Positions 20,101 to 29,325 of a DNA stretch of 64,000 nucleotides are shown here, one piece after another. The stretch's first letter is position 1. Every line of letters starts with the position of its first letter. The notes under the pieces are model-generated. The model searched no databases. It had not been told where the DNA came from and worked only from the letters and a program-made list of their open reading frames with translations. Made by a program: the position numbers and the translations under genes. This DNA comes from a virus (lineage: Duplodnaviria; Heunggongvirae; Uroviricota; Caudoviricetes): IMG/VR virus record IMGVR_UViG_3300014204_000143, one strand, 5' to 3'.

Positions 20101-22222
20101 TAATAAAGAAACAGATAAACAGATTTCTAAAGATACTGCAATTAATTTATTATCTAAAGATACTGCCAGAAGACACGTTCAAGAAAACAACTTTGGAACA
20201 TTTAAAAAGTTTTTCTTAGGTGCTAGGGATTTCATGAATATGAATGAAAGCCTTGAAGCTTTGTTAGATATGTTAGACACTGCTGATAAAAATACAGGAG
20301 AATTTGGAGGATTTTTTGTTAGATTACATGACAAAATGTTAGAAGCACAAGACTCTAGAGAGGGTGGAGTTAATAAAGTAATAGGAGTAGTTTCAAATAA
20401 GGTTAGAGATTTGTATGGAACTAAAGGACTAGAAAAATTATTTAGAGATAATAAAACAAAAAAAATATTTGTTGTTGATGAATGGTTTACTCAAAATGAA
20501 CTAGCTAAACGTTATCAAGAATTACAAGACCCATCACTTAAAGAAACATTTGATAAAATGGGTTATACAGAAGAAAAGATAAAAGCAATTAAAGAAAATC
20601 TAGACCCTAATTTAAAAGAATTTTCAGATTGGTTACAGTCAGAATTTTATCCAAAATATCATAAAAGAGCAAATACAACGTACAAAAGACTTTATGGTAC
20701 AAACATGCCACAAAGGAAATTTTATTCTAATTTAAAAAGAGTTGGTTATGATAATGATGAGATTAGTTTGTTATCTCAAGATATTCAAACTAGAGCATCT
20801 GCGTCTAGTGGTGCTACTAAAGCAAGAAAAGGAAGTACACTAGAATTAAAGAAACAAGACATAATGACTAATCTCGAAAATTATATTGGTCAGATGGAAC
20901 ACTTTATTTCAATGTCAGATATTGCTTCAGAGATTCAGATGTTAATTAAAGACCCAGAAATAGCAAAGTTAATAAAAAGAAATCAGGGAACAAACTTCTA
21001 TGAGATACTAACAGACACAGTCAATGATACTATAAATAATTATGCTTCTGGAAAAACATTTAGTGCGTTAGATAAATTTAGAGGAAATACAGCACTAGGA
21101 CAAACTAGTATTAGTCTTTTAATTTTCATTAAACAGTTTTCTGGTTTACCTGCAATGTGGCAACACACTGGGATAAAAGATATTATAAAATATACTACTG
21201 AATTTTTATCAAATCCTAAAAAAGCAGTTGCCGAATTAAAAGAAAGTAACCTTTATAAAGAGAGGGGAGAGACTATCAGTAGAGATTTAAAGTTAGCATT
21301 AACAAAAAATCTTGAAGAAAAAATTTCTCACAAAATAACACTAAGAGATGTTTTATCATTTTTTACCAGGACTGGTGACCAAGGTGCAATTGCTCTTGGT
21401 GGATATGCTTACTATAAAAAAGTTTTAGCAGAAACGGGAAGTAAAGAAAAAGCATTATCAGCATTTAATAAGGAATATAACCGTTCTCAACAGAGTGGTT
21501 TAATTCAATATCAAAGTTTTTTAGAAAGGTCTGGTGGTTCTGTAATAAAATTATTTACAACATATTTAAGTTCTGAAAAAAGTTATTCCTCTATAATGAG
21601 AAGTAATTTAAGAAATTTTAAAGCTGGAAGAATAAGTCCAAAACAATTTGTTAAAACAATTTTTATTCAAAATATATTAATTCCGACTATTTTTCAATTT
21701 ATTAGTAACGCATTTAAGTGGGATTGGGACGAACAACTATGGGCGATAATAATGGCTCCATTTAGAGGTTATATTGCTGTTAGAAATATTGTTCAAAGTA
21801 TATATAGTGCTTATAAAAAATATCCATGGTGGAAAGAAGACCTTACTGGAATACCTGCTGTTGGTATTTTTTTTGATGCAATAGATGCTGCATTTAAAAT
21901 AAAAAAAGACATCATGAAAGATGCGACTGGAGATATTATTTTAGATATTGCAAATATAATAGATGCTCCAGCAACTTCATTTACTGGTGCTGATGTTTCA
22001 AAAGCTGTAAAATTAGTAACACAAATGATGAAAGCAAGTAAAAATCATTTATATCTACTTGGTTTTTCAGATTATGCTCTAGAAGGAAAATCTAGTTCAT
22101 CAACTAAAATTCCATCGTCTATTAAAACTAATGAAAAATATAAAAAATATGAGGATAAATATAAATCGTATAATGATAAATACAAATCTTACAGTGAAAA
22201 ATATAAAAATTATGGACAGTAA
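17144..22222 (+). CDS. Putative tape-measure / internal virion protein
   Basis: 1692-aa ORF, Lys-rich, predicted helical. It has hydrophobic Gly/Ala-rich segments (e.g. GYTVAVMVPAVLGTLTTGNIASGTLLSTIALIP) typical of tape-measure proteins. It follows the fibre genes and the M23 peptidase. The C-terminus carries KYK(S/N)Y repeats. Confidence 0.35.
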   Translation: MALTNPFAYSSQKPIDLSPRISNLPKIKPTTPTPSSFISGDPFALKTPPVTSSAVKPAPDDAFNLKEAPNTTAPLSYPSVVKNITTPTVTPKAPITTDYTKPFQLPVVTQTLKTTPVSDIMTGMSQPRQDLIERATKFSTTLDLPKVNQLSNNTFIKNNILPENTIIGKNSFEKYNLPESFISKKNKEGIKFKSESKVKDIIDSLKLGSLNIKELSKNYFLDTLPKFVKMVFDVNSTQDIINNPLLKESEKKDIIKSVENESSQIVNVTQPIYDKQKIKFEEFKRNNPQLVMSEYPGYGFEDSIYDTLKNNPKLILDPKFIANAAAKSAGYTVAVMVPAVLGTLTTGNIASGTLLSTIALIPSLSQDLTEEAKINGATDEQAAIIGATIGPVIAKLENVGELAILSRLSSAFKTSFLQNVTKDVVAVTTKQLAKRGVKDFGKTEILEILEENLQQIAGNAAIKTINENREIFSGLDYTTIETAIASIPMAMFGASSSFVGSYLGKKSKQYQEASPEEKTRILNELVPALSVQNLSEQQPETLPKITPTVTPQNAPVTSQNAPGEAITPNVIKVTLPEKKIIDIDKISDLNKQLSINNTNKFRNETINGLNENQRVEGKLFDNLKKSLVFDKNIKEYNVVPIYRATKNNSIIPGDFVTTNKELAVKKYINQRNGSSLKTLNVPINNLVKTLGLKSEFLYYPKNKVTLPVVKSEKINVPNTPKEIKKTYYNPTEDVTIYRVKEDNTIETKIVKGRDVDNYIRQETWSTTKPKSVSAKKIIGKVPSPIIKRKETTLLKDRIKNFARGVKKGGTWSRERINNTYTKLNSIINDSNLEAKDKLKFNTEKNRILRSANPETAFINISKPLFEKITEYEEGTAKKYYINKIGKLIKSTVSKNNSSGILTGKYGYYQPTIDFIYNNSKLTSKDIGNRINELSIKEKITNEESAELIMLEMIPTIDMDSNQLESIYNTLKEQLLIGRQEQSLKDFNKETDKQISKDTAINLLSKDTARRHVQENNFGTFKKFFLGARDFMNMNESLEALLDMLDTADKNTGEFGGFFVRLHDKMLEAQDSREGGVNKVIGVVSNKVRDLYGTKGLEKLFRDNKTKKIFVVDEWFTQNELAKRYQELQDPSLKETFDKMGYTEEKIKAIKENLDPNLKEFSDWLQSEFYPKYHKRANTTYKRLYGTNMPQRKFYSNLKRVGYDNDEISLLSQDIQTRASASSGATKARKGSTLELKKQDIMTNLENYIGQMEHFISMSDIASEIQMLIKDPEIAKLIKRNQGTNFYEILTDTVNDTINNYASGKTFSALDKFRGNTALGQTSISLLIFIKQFSGLPAMWQHTGIKDIIKYTTEFLSNPKKAVAELKESNLYKERGETISRDLKLALTKNLEEKISHKITLRDVLSFFTRTGDQGAIALGGYAYYKKVLAETGSKEKALSAFNKEYNRSQQSGLIQYQSFLERSGGSVIKLFTTYLSSEKSYSSIMRSNLRNFKAGRISPKQFVKTIFIQNILIPTIFQFISNAFKWDWDEQLWAIIMAPFRGYIAVRNIVQSIYSAYKKYPWWKEDLTGIPAVGIFFDAIDAAFKIKKDIMKDATGDIILDIANIIDAPATSFTGADVSKAVKLVTQMMKASKNHLYLLGFSDYALEGKSSSSTKIPSSIKTNEKYKKYEDKYKSYNDKYKSYSEKYKNYGQ

Positions 22223-22912
22223 TTAATCCGCCCAAAAAAACGGAGTAGTGGTTGTGCTCGTACTGGTCGTAGTGCTTGTAGAGATATACTTCCCATTACA
22301 AACAGGACATTTCCAGAGGAACCATTTATTTGGTTCCTCTTTTGGGTCAAACTTAAGATGTATTTTAGCTCCACAAACAGGGCAATGATAAATTGGAAAG
22401 TTTTTTTTACACGTTTCCTTCTTTTTTGTATATGACTTTTGATAACAATCACGACTACAATATTTCTGTCTTTTTTTACCAGGGATAAATTCTTTACCGC
22501 ACCTTACACAAACTCTTTTGTTTTTTTCTACGTCCTTTTTAGGGACATACGATATTTCAAGATTTTCAATATCGTTATTATCCCGATTACCATCAATGTG
22601 TTTGAATCTTGTGCCTCTGCCAACAACACCATTATGATATTCCCACGTTGCTCTTGCCAGAGTTACTTTATCAGTAGTCCTTAACCATTGTCCATCGGGT
22701 TGTTTTGAATATTTATACCCATTAAATATAATAAAATCAAACTTTACCTTATTAGACATTTCCATCCCGAGTCTTCTCATCTTTATCCAGACAGAATTAT
22801 AGTTGAGTTTGAGTTCTCTTGTTGCCTCTTTAAGACTCGTTCCTTTCTTATATAACTCGTATATTTTTTTGATGTCTTCTTTTGTTATTATTTTTCTTTT
22901 AATCTCCCCCAT
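22223..22912 (-). CDS. HNH endonuclease with N-terminal HTH and C-terminal CxxC zinc ribbons (homing-endonuclease-like)
   Basis: HIDGNRDNNDIENL is an HNH core; the N-terminus has TSLKEATRELKLNYNSVW (HTH); the C-terminus has multiple CxxC pairs. Confidence 0.5.
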   Translation of the reverse strand: MGEIKRKIITKEDIKKIYELYKKGTSLKEATRELKLNYNSVWIKMRRLGMEMSNKVKFDFIIFNGYKYSKQPDGQWLRTTDKVTLARATWEYHNGVVGRGTRFKHIDGNRDNNDIENLEISYVPKKDVEKNKRVCVRCGKEFIPGKKRQKYCSRDCYQKSYTKKKETCKKNFPIYHCPVCGAKIHLKFDPKEEPNKWFLWKCPVCNGKYISTSTTTSTSTTTTPFFWAD

Positions 22913-22921
22913 TTATTTATT

Positions 22922-23293
22922 TTAACTGTTTCCCATATGATTATATTCGTTTGCAATCCCACCCTGTAATTTCTTGAGTGAGTTTAAGTATCCATCAATG
23001 TTTGTTAGGTGACGTTTAATTAAATCAGCACTATAATGTTCGTCAGTAGCATCAATTAGTTTGTCTGCTTTAGCGACTGAAATTGCTTTACCACTTTCGC
23101 TATCAGTGCTATTAACAATTTCTACCGCCTTCTTGTTTAATGCTCGTTCTGTTTCAGCCCCCATCATATTGTATCCAGAGAAATAGTTGCTAAGTCTAAC
23201 AAGCAACACACCAACTTGTTCTGCTGATGTGATACCTGCTTTATAGTCATCTAAAAACTGTTGATATTCTTTTTGATAATTTTCTTTTTCCAT
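22922..23293 (-). CDS. Hypothetical protein
   Basis: 123-aa ORF. Confidence 0.35.
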   Translation of the reverse strand: MEKENYQKEYQQFLDDYKAGITSAEQVGVLLVRLSNYFSGYNMMGAETERALNKKAVEIVNSTDSESGKAISVAKADKLIDATDEHYSADLIKRHLTNIDGYLNSLKKLQGGIANEYNHMGNS

Positions 23294-23294
23294 T

Positions 23295-23681
23295 TTATTT
23301 TAATTTAATTATAATTTCTTTTAAATACTCAATCGTTTCCCGTAACCACTTAACACTATTAACACAGGGAACGTGTTTATTATTTTCTAAATATTCCCGT
23401 TGCCACTCTCCACGTTTTTTAAAGATTCTATCTCTTAATTCTTCTGGAGTTAATTTACCAACCGAGTTGTGCATATTATTGTGATGTTCTGTGCACATCG
23501 GAACTCCATTAAGGACATCGTAGGCAAGATTCTTTGAAGCACTTCTAGGGACTATGTGGTGCATCTGAGAGGCACTCCTGCCACATATTTCACACTTATC
23601 ACCCCACATCAACCAGCAGGCTTCGTGCCATAACTTATCGGCTAAATCAGATAGGTATTTTTTATTTGATGACTTAATCAC
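23295..23681 (-). CDS. HNH endonuclease
   Basis: CEICGRS...QMHHIVPRS...NGVPMCTEHHNNMHN: CxxC...HH...CxxHH HNH zinc-finger nuclease signature. Confidence 0.65.
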   Translation of the reverse strand: MIKSSNKKYLSDLADKLWHEACWLMWGDKCEICGRSASQMHHIVPRSASKNLAYDVLNGVPMCTEHHNNMHNSVGKLTPEELRDRIFKKRGEWQREYLENNKHVPCVNSVKWLRETIEYLKEIIIKLK

Positions 23682-23799
23682 GTTTTACTTTTTTATCATA
23701 AGGTATATCATTGCCAATCAAAAAAATATTGACAATAGTCTAAGGTTGAACCCAATACATATAACGGTTAATAACAAAGCATATTGAAAGTCTTTCATA

Positions 23800-24036
23800 T
23801 TATTTAATTAAGTTTTTTATTTTATTCCAGTCTATTTTTTTACCACACCACGGACAATAATTATACTTTGTAATACAAGACCTTCTTCCATCTAAAAAAG
23901 TTATGTTTCCTCTATTATAATTAATAAAATAAATTAACTCTGATAAATTCATTCTATTCTTAAGATCATATTCGTGATTTTCACAAATATCACAATCACA
24001 ATCTTTAAGTTTATTTGATGATTTTACTAATCCCAT
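23800..24036 (-). CDS. Small Zn-ribbon protein
   Basis: CDCDIC...CPWCGKK motifs. Overlaps the sbcC-like start by 26 nt. Confidence 0.3.
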   Translation of the reverse strand: MGLVKSSNKLKDCDCDICENHEYDLKNRMNLSELIYFINYNRGNITFLDGRRSCITKYNYCPWCGKKIDWNKIKNLIK

Positions 24037-26116
24037 TTGCTTTTACTATTATTATTTTATCTTCAAAAATATCTTTAACTGCTGGTAAGTGACTAATAAC
24101 CAACAACTGACTAACTTCTTCTTTAAGGTTGGTTGCTACCTCAATAAACTTTTCCGAAGACTCGTCATCTAGTGAAATAAATAGTTCGTCTAATAGTCTA
24201 AAACCAAACTTACTTAAAGAAGCCAGTCCTTCAGAAATAGACGCCTTAATCTTTACTTTTTCTCCTCCAGAGTAATTATCATATTCCATCTCTTCACCGA
24301 CATCATTAATAACCGTGATAAACAAACCATCCTTAGCCGAACCATCAGTAATATTATCCTTTTGAGTGCTTAATGTAATTCTAAAATCAGAAGTTTTAGA
24401 AAGTGCCTCGTTAATCTTATCCTCTAATTTAGGAAGACTCCACTCAATCAGAATATCCTGAATCCCAGTTGAACCGAACGCATCCTTTAACATTTTTAAA
24501 CCCTCTACTTTATTAGTTAACTCTTTTATTTCTTTTTCTAACACGTTTACTTCTTCGGTTTTAAGTTCAATTCTTTTATTAGCGTCATCGAGTCTAGTGT
24601 TTTGTTCACTTAAAAAAAGTTTATCGTTTTCTAGTAAAGTTATTTCTGAATTTATTTTATTTAGTTCACTTTCAATTTTAACGAGTTCATTTTCTTGTAA
24701 AATTAGACTGTCTAATTCTTCTTCAATCAAAGTTATTTTATCTTTTCTTTCTAGGATGTCTTTAAATAACTTATTACTTTCTTCGTTTATATTCTTTATA
24801 TTTAACTCAATACTAATCTTTTCTTGGTCAAACTTTATCTTTTCTTTAGTGGTTGATTCGACTGAGGTTAATAGAAATCTATATCTTTCAAAATCAAGTT
24901 TAGGTTCTTCTCCAATTGCCTTTAGTTTAAGATTATAGTCACTCATCATATTCATATAATCATTCTTCTCATTTTCAATCTGTTCTAGCTTGCCATTAAA
25001 AAAATCAATTTGTTTTTGTTTCTGTTCTCCAAATACGGGACACTCTTTTTTGAGGTCAGGACATTGCATAACTTCTTTTTTCTTTAACTCTTCAATCTGA
25101 TTTTCATAGTTTTTTTCTTCGCTATCAAAATCACGTCTAACTGGAACTGCTTGCAAGAGTTCAGACTTCTTACTTTGCCAAACATCATATTTGTCTTTTA
25201 TAACCTTTAAATTTTCAAGGTCTTGTTTGTCAATATCTAAATTAACAAAAGCAAGTCCCATCTTTTCCAAATCTTTACTAGAGTATTCAGAGAGTTTGTT
25301 GGTTAATTCTCCAATCCTAAGTTCATCAACGCTTATTTTTTCTTTTAATTCCTTATCGGTTGATTTTAGGTTGTCAATTTTGTTTTTAATTACTCCTAAT
25401 GAATTAAAGTTATTGGTTAACTCAGACTTATTTTTATTAAGTTTGTCTAACTGAAGTAAGACTTTTTCTACCTTCGGTTTGACATCTTTAAGACTTTCAA
25501 CCAAAACATTATCTTGAGAGATTCCCTGACCAATTAAATCTCTTTTAGTTTCAGACGACAAGAGCGTATCCTTTGAGTCTTTTAGCATATCTCTGGCTCG
25601 CTTATAGTCTTCATCAAAACTCTCTGCCTTAATTATCTCTAACAATATTTCTTTTCTTTTGTTAGCAGTTTGAGACACAAAAGACTCTGATGTATCTTGA
25701 GGATAGAGTGCCGAATTAATAAACAACAAATAGGAACACTTGATAATATTTTTCTCTAAATGTTCTTGGATGTTCTTCTTACCAGCAACCATTACAGGAA
25801 TAAACTTATCGCCAATTTTTTCTAGGACAGACAACTCGTGTTTTCCTTTAGTAGTAACTGTTCTAATTATTTTATAAACAGTCTCACCGTCTCTTAAGTC
25901 TAACTCAACAGTTGTCGACTCTTTTCCTTTATGAATCAAGAATCTAGAATTGCCACGGCCTTCATTAAATAAACAGAACAGAATTGCTTCCACCAAAGAA
26001 CTTTTACCAGAACCACTCGCACCTTCTACCGACAAACTAAATTCATCGTTAAATTCAATCTCAGTGCTAACGTGTGATAAAAAGTTATTAAGTTTTATTC
26101 TTTTTAATAGTATCAT
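24011..26116 (-). CDS. sbcC: SbcC/Rad50-like SMC-family ATPase
   Basis: N-terminal Walker A GASGSGKSSLVEAILFCLF, a long central coiled coil, and the C-terminal ABC signature YSGGEKVK plus Walker B LLDELF. Confidence 0.8.
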   Translation of the reverse strand: MILLKRIKLNNFLSHVSTEIEFNDEFSLSVEGASGSGKSSLVEAILFCLFNEGRGNSRFLIHKGKESTTVELDLRDGETVYKIIRTVTTKGKHELSVLEKIGDKFIPVMVAGKKNIQEHLEKNIIKCSYLLFINSALYPQDTSESFVSQTANKRKEILLEIIKAESFDEDYKRARDMLKDSKDTLLSSETKRDLIGQGISQDNVLVESLKDVKPKVEKVLLQLDKLNKNKSELTNNFNSLGVIKNKIDNLKSTDKELKEKISVDELRIGELTNKLSEYSSKDLEKMGLAFVNLDIDKQDLENLKVIKDKYDVWQSKKSELLQAVPVRRDFDSEEKNYENQIEELKKKEVMQCPDLKKECPVFGEQKQKQIDFFNGKLEQIENEKNDYMNMMSDYNLKLKAIGEEPKLDFERYRFLLTSVESTTKEKIKFDQEKISIELNIKNINEESNKLFKDILERKDKITLIEEELDSLILQENELVKIESELNKINSEITLLENDKLFLSEQNTRLDDANKRIELKTEEVNVLEKEIKELTNKVEGLKMLKDAFGSTGIQDILIEWSLPKLEDKINEALSKTSDFRITLSTQKDNITDGSAKDGLFITVINDVGEEMEYDNYSGGEKVKIKASISEGLASLSKFGFRLLDELFISLDDESSEKFIEVATNLKEEVSQLLVISHLPAVKDIFEDKIIIVKANGISKIIK

Positions 26117-26378
26117 TTATTTGATTTAATATTTCTTGTGACTCTTTAAAACTAATTGGGGTTGCCTTAACGTATTCAATATAACTAGCTCGCTCTTCAT
26201 CACCGATATCTTCTAGTTCGTTAATCTTTTCGATTAAGTTATTCTTTGCTTTTTCGATGTCTTCTTTGGTTGCCACCCATTCGATATAGGTCGGATAACT
26301 AAGTGTGCATAGATGAAACTTTTCTCCACATTTAGGGCAGGTTACATCGTGGAGTTGTTTTGTATATTCTTTATTCAT
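26088..26378 (-). CDS. Small CxxC protein
   Basis: 96-aa ORF with a CPKCGEKF motif. Confidence 0.3.
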   Translation of the reverse strand: MNKEYTKQLHDVTCPKCGEKFHLCTLSYPTYIEWVATKEDIEKAKNNLIEKINELEDIGDEERASYIEYVKATPISFKESQEILNQINDTIKKNKT

Positions 26379-26384
26379 AATTAT

Positions 26385-27209
26385 TTAATTGTTAATGTCT
26401 ATATTAACATCAGGTATTTCAACTTCCTCGTCTTCTAATTTTAAACTATCTATTAAATCAGTAAACGACAAAGAATCATAATCTGATTCCCAGTCATCTA
26501 TAAAAAACAATTTATCTGGTATAGAACTACAAACTCCAAATAGAATTGGGTCTCTCATTGCTGATTTTTCTTCGTTAGAAATAGTTTCTTTCTTTTCTTT
26601 TTTTTCTTCAATTTTTTCACTGTAATAATGATAGATTACATATTTATCAAATATTTTTAGCGAATCTATTTTTTTCTTTTTTTCTAGAATATCGTCTGGA
26701 ATAACGTTTGTATATTTATCAAAATCTGTATCAGAGATGTGTCCTCCTCTTATATCATTTTTATGTTTATCAACTATACTTTTTAAAACATACATTTTAA
26801 TTCCAGCACCACGTATCTCAGATAATCTTACTTCCTCTGCTAATTGTTTTAAAAACTTTTCAGCGAACACATTATGTCCAAGTTTAATATATTTGTTTGC
26901 AAGTTTTTCTATTTTTTTTATTCTTCGTTCATATCTAAATTTACCGAGCAAACTCATTTTATTTTTTTTAATATATTTAAATACTAAAATTGGATTGAGT
27001 CCTTCTTTCTTTTCAAAGTTTAACGTTGTTCCTCCACTACTAATATAAATACCAGTCCCAGAAACATTCCAACCATAAAATGTAATTGAGTTGCTGTTAA
27101 TTATAGCACCACTATCACTTGTGGTTGCACTAGACAAAATTCTAGTCGGAACTGTTCCCCTAATAGAGGTGTTGTCAACTATTTTTTTAGATTTTTTATT
27201 AGTTTTCAT
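26385..27209 (-). CDS. Hypothetical protein
   Basis: 274-aa ORF with no recognisable motif. Confidence 0.35.
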   Translation of the reverse strand: MKTNKKSKKIVDNTSIRGTVPTRILSSATTSDSGAIINSNSITFYGWNVSGTGIYISSGGTTLNFEKKEGLNPILVFKYIKKNKMSLLGKFRYERRIKKIEKLANKYIKLGHNVFAEKFLKQLAEEVRLSEIRGAGIKMYVLKSIVDKHKNDIRGGHISDTDFDKYTNVIPDDILEKKKKIDSLKIFDKYVIYHYYSEKIEEKKEKKETISNEEKSAMRDPILFGVCSSIPDKLFFIDDWESDYDSLSFTDLIDSLKLEDEEVEIPDVNIDINN

Positions 27210-27726
27210 TTAATTTAGTAATTACTTCTTGTTGTGTTTTTGTTATATTTATTTCTTCGCTATACGCCTGTGCAATTCTAGCAAGCACATAAGCATCGCA
27301 AAGATTATCGTCATTAAAAGACATCCCCCAGCGTTTATAAGTTTCTAGAAGCACCATCTCTTTCTTGGCATTACCCTTTTCACAAGCAAACTTTTTTAGT
27401 GATGTCGGAGCGACTATAATAAATTTGTGTTTGTTATTATAGAAGTTCTCTCGGAGTCTATAATTTAAGTATCCCAACTGAACTAAAGCACTTGTATTTC
27501 TTGCCATAAACGCCAGACCCTCCATTGCAATTAACTTCGGACAAACGTCTTCGTCAATATCAACTCTCTTAATAATATCTAAGATTCTTTCAAGTTCATT
27601 AATCACATCTTTACCACGAGGTTTACTACTAATAAGTTCCTGATAAACAATCTCATCATCTTTTAAATAAACAATACCAGTTCCAGTCAATGATGGGTCA
27701 ATTCCTATGTAAAGATTATTTGACAT
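27199..27726 (-). CDS. ruvC: RuvC-family Holliday junction resolvase
   Basis: N-terminal IGIDPSLTGTGIV matches the RuvC catalytic-Asp motif (GIDPG..TGYG); the C-terminal DAYVLARIA matches the RuvC DAADALAIA motif. Confidence 0.65.
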   Translation of the reverse strand: MSNNLYIGIDPSLTGTGIVYLKDDEIVYQELISSKPRGKDVINELERILDIIKRVDIDEDVCPKLIAMEGLAFMARNTSALVQLGYLNYRLRENFYNNKHKFIIVAPTSLKKFACEKGNAKKEMVLLETYKRWGMSFNDDNLCDAYVLARIAQAYSEEINITKTQQEVITKLNEN

Positions 27727-28309
27727 CGTTCATTACATCCTCCGCTTCTTCAATTATACCATCTTCAACATTTGAGATTTCATTATTATCTGGTGCAATT
27801 TCTTCGTCGGCTTCAATTCCTGGGTCAAGCGCTTCTTCAATATCTTCACATATTGTATTTAAAGTAAGCATCACTGAAGTTTTCCAGTTGGTTATTTCAG
27901 CACCACCCAACTGTTGTGGTGGCATTAACATTTCTGGTTTAATGTTCTCTAAAACATCTTTAAGTTCTCTAAGAGATTCAGGAGTAAAACTAACTTCAAT
28001 TTCGACCTTACTTAATTCTTGAACTTCATCATTTATTTTTTTAAGTTCAACATCTCTTAATTCTTGTTTTTTAGATACTTGAGCTGAACTGTCTTCTGGT
28101 TTCTGTTCAAACTCTTTGGATTTTTCATTAAACTCTTTCTTTTTAATTTCAATAATGGCTTCAGTATCAACGACAACTTCTTCTCTAAATTTTCTAATTG
28201 CTTTAAAAGCTGACCTCAATTCTTTTAATGTCTTTTTGTTGTCAATCCCAAGTGCGGACAAACCGACGATTGCGGATGCTTTGTCAAATGTTGTTTTTAG
28301 TGTAATCAT
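27716..28309 (-). CDS. Highly acidic hypothetical protein
   Basis: 197 aa. The C-terminal third is ~40% Asp/Glu (EDIEEALDPGIEADEEIAPDNNEISNVEDGIIEEAEDVMNDVK). Confidence 0.35.
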   Translation of the reverse strand: MITLKTTFDKASAIVGLSALGIDNKKTLKELRSAFKAIRKFREEVVVDTEAIIEIKKKEFNEKSKEFEQKPEDSSAQVSKKQELRDVELKKINDEVQELSKVEIEVSFTPESLRELKDVLENIKPEMLMPPQQLGGAEITNWKTSVMLTLNTICEDIEEALDPGIEADEEIAPDNNEISNVEDGIIEEAEDVMNDVK

Positions 28310-28317
28310 AGTTTTAT

Positions 28318-29325
28318 TTATTTAATTAATTTATAAATTTCTAAAAGTAATTCAACGTCTAATTTATTTCTCTTTCCATAAAGTTCTAAAAGTTTTTCTA
28401 GTGGGAGTTCTAATAAGTTACCATCTTCTATATCTATCGTTTCTCTCGCTTTCGGAAATCTCTCAACGTAAATTCTAGCTTCAAACTTCTTAAGATATTC
28501 TTTTATTAAGTCTTTGTCTATTTTTTTGTCTGTTATAGTTACTTTAACAATTGAGTCTTCTGTAATTGATTCTAGGTCACTTTGTTTTGGGTCAACTAAC
28601 CCATAAATCCTTCTCCCAGGTAATTTAATAAAAGAAGTTTCCAAAGTGTCTTCGTTAAGTTTCATAATCCATTTTTGAGTTTCATTTACTTCCTGATTAA
28701 AAACACTTCCAAGAACTACTGTTTTATCTTTGTTTGAAAATTGATGAACGTGACCAGCGATAACGAGTTTGTATTTACTTTCTAATTCTGATTTTGATAA
28801 GATAACCTCATTAAAATTACAAGTGTTTATTCCAGAAGAAGTATTGATGTCAGAGATAGAGTGGTGCAAGAATAAAACTTCATTTGTTTTTAAACTCTTA
28901 CTAATAATCTTACTAGCGTCTTGGTAGTCTTTAGCACCAAGTTCTGGACTAGTTAGATAAGGTAAGAAGTCAAACTTACCAACTCTAGCAATTCCTTTTG
29001 TAAAGATATGCCATTTAGTATTTTTAACTTCAGACAGAAAGTCTAAAGCTGTTGTACCATCGCCATTCTTGCAGTGATTGCCTGAGATAATATAAACATC
29101 TTTACCATTAAACTTTTCAATAAAATTAACCAATTTAGAAATAGTATAAGAAGAGTTTGTTTTTGAGTTAAGCAGGTCACCCAGAAAAACAATCTTATCG
29201 CAGTCTTTGAATTGCTCGACTATAAAATCAAGAATTTCATTTTCTTCGTTGATTCTCTTATCTTCAATATATCTCGAATAAGATAAGTATGGTTTAAAAT
29301 GTAGGTCTCCAATTATTCCAATCAT
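28318..29325 (-). CDS. sbcD: SbcD/Mre11-like calcineurin-fold metallophosphoesterase nuclease
   Basis: Phosphoesterase motifs GDLH(F), VFLGDLLN, SGNHC and GHVH in canonical order. Confidence 0.55.
   Translation of the reverse strand: MIGIIGDLHFKPYLSYSRYIEDKRINEENEILDFIVEQFKDCDKIVFLGDLLNSKTNSSYTISKLVNFIEKFNGKDVYIISGNHCKNGDGTTALDFLSEVKNTKWHIFTKGIARVGKFDFLPYLTSPELGAKDYQDASKIISKSLKTNEVLFLHHSISDINTSSGINTCNFNEVILSKSELESKYKLVIAGHVHQFSNKDKTVVLGSVFNQEVNETQKWIMKLNEDTLETSFIKLPGRRIYGLVDPKQSDLESITEDSIVKVTITDKKIDKDLIKEYLKKFEARIYVERFPKARETIDIEDGNLLELPLEKLLELYGKRNKLDVELLLEIYKLIK

Noticed and set aside
22210-22225. Possible terminator between the convergent genes ending at 22222 and 22223
   Set aside because: The two stop codons abut with no intergenic space. 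Only a weak 3-bp CCG/CGG hairpin lies inside the coding sequence.
24597-25454. Plus-strand ORFs (113 aa, 87 aa) inside the sbcC-like gene
   Set aside because: Antisense within a gene carrying clear Walker A, signature and coiled-coil features. Ser/Leu-rich low complexity.
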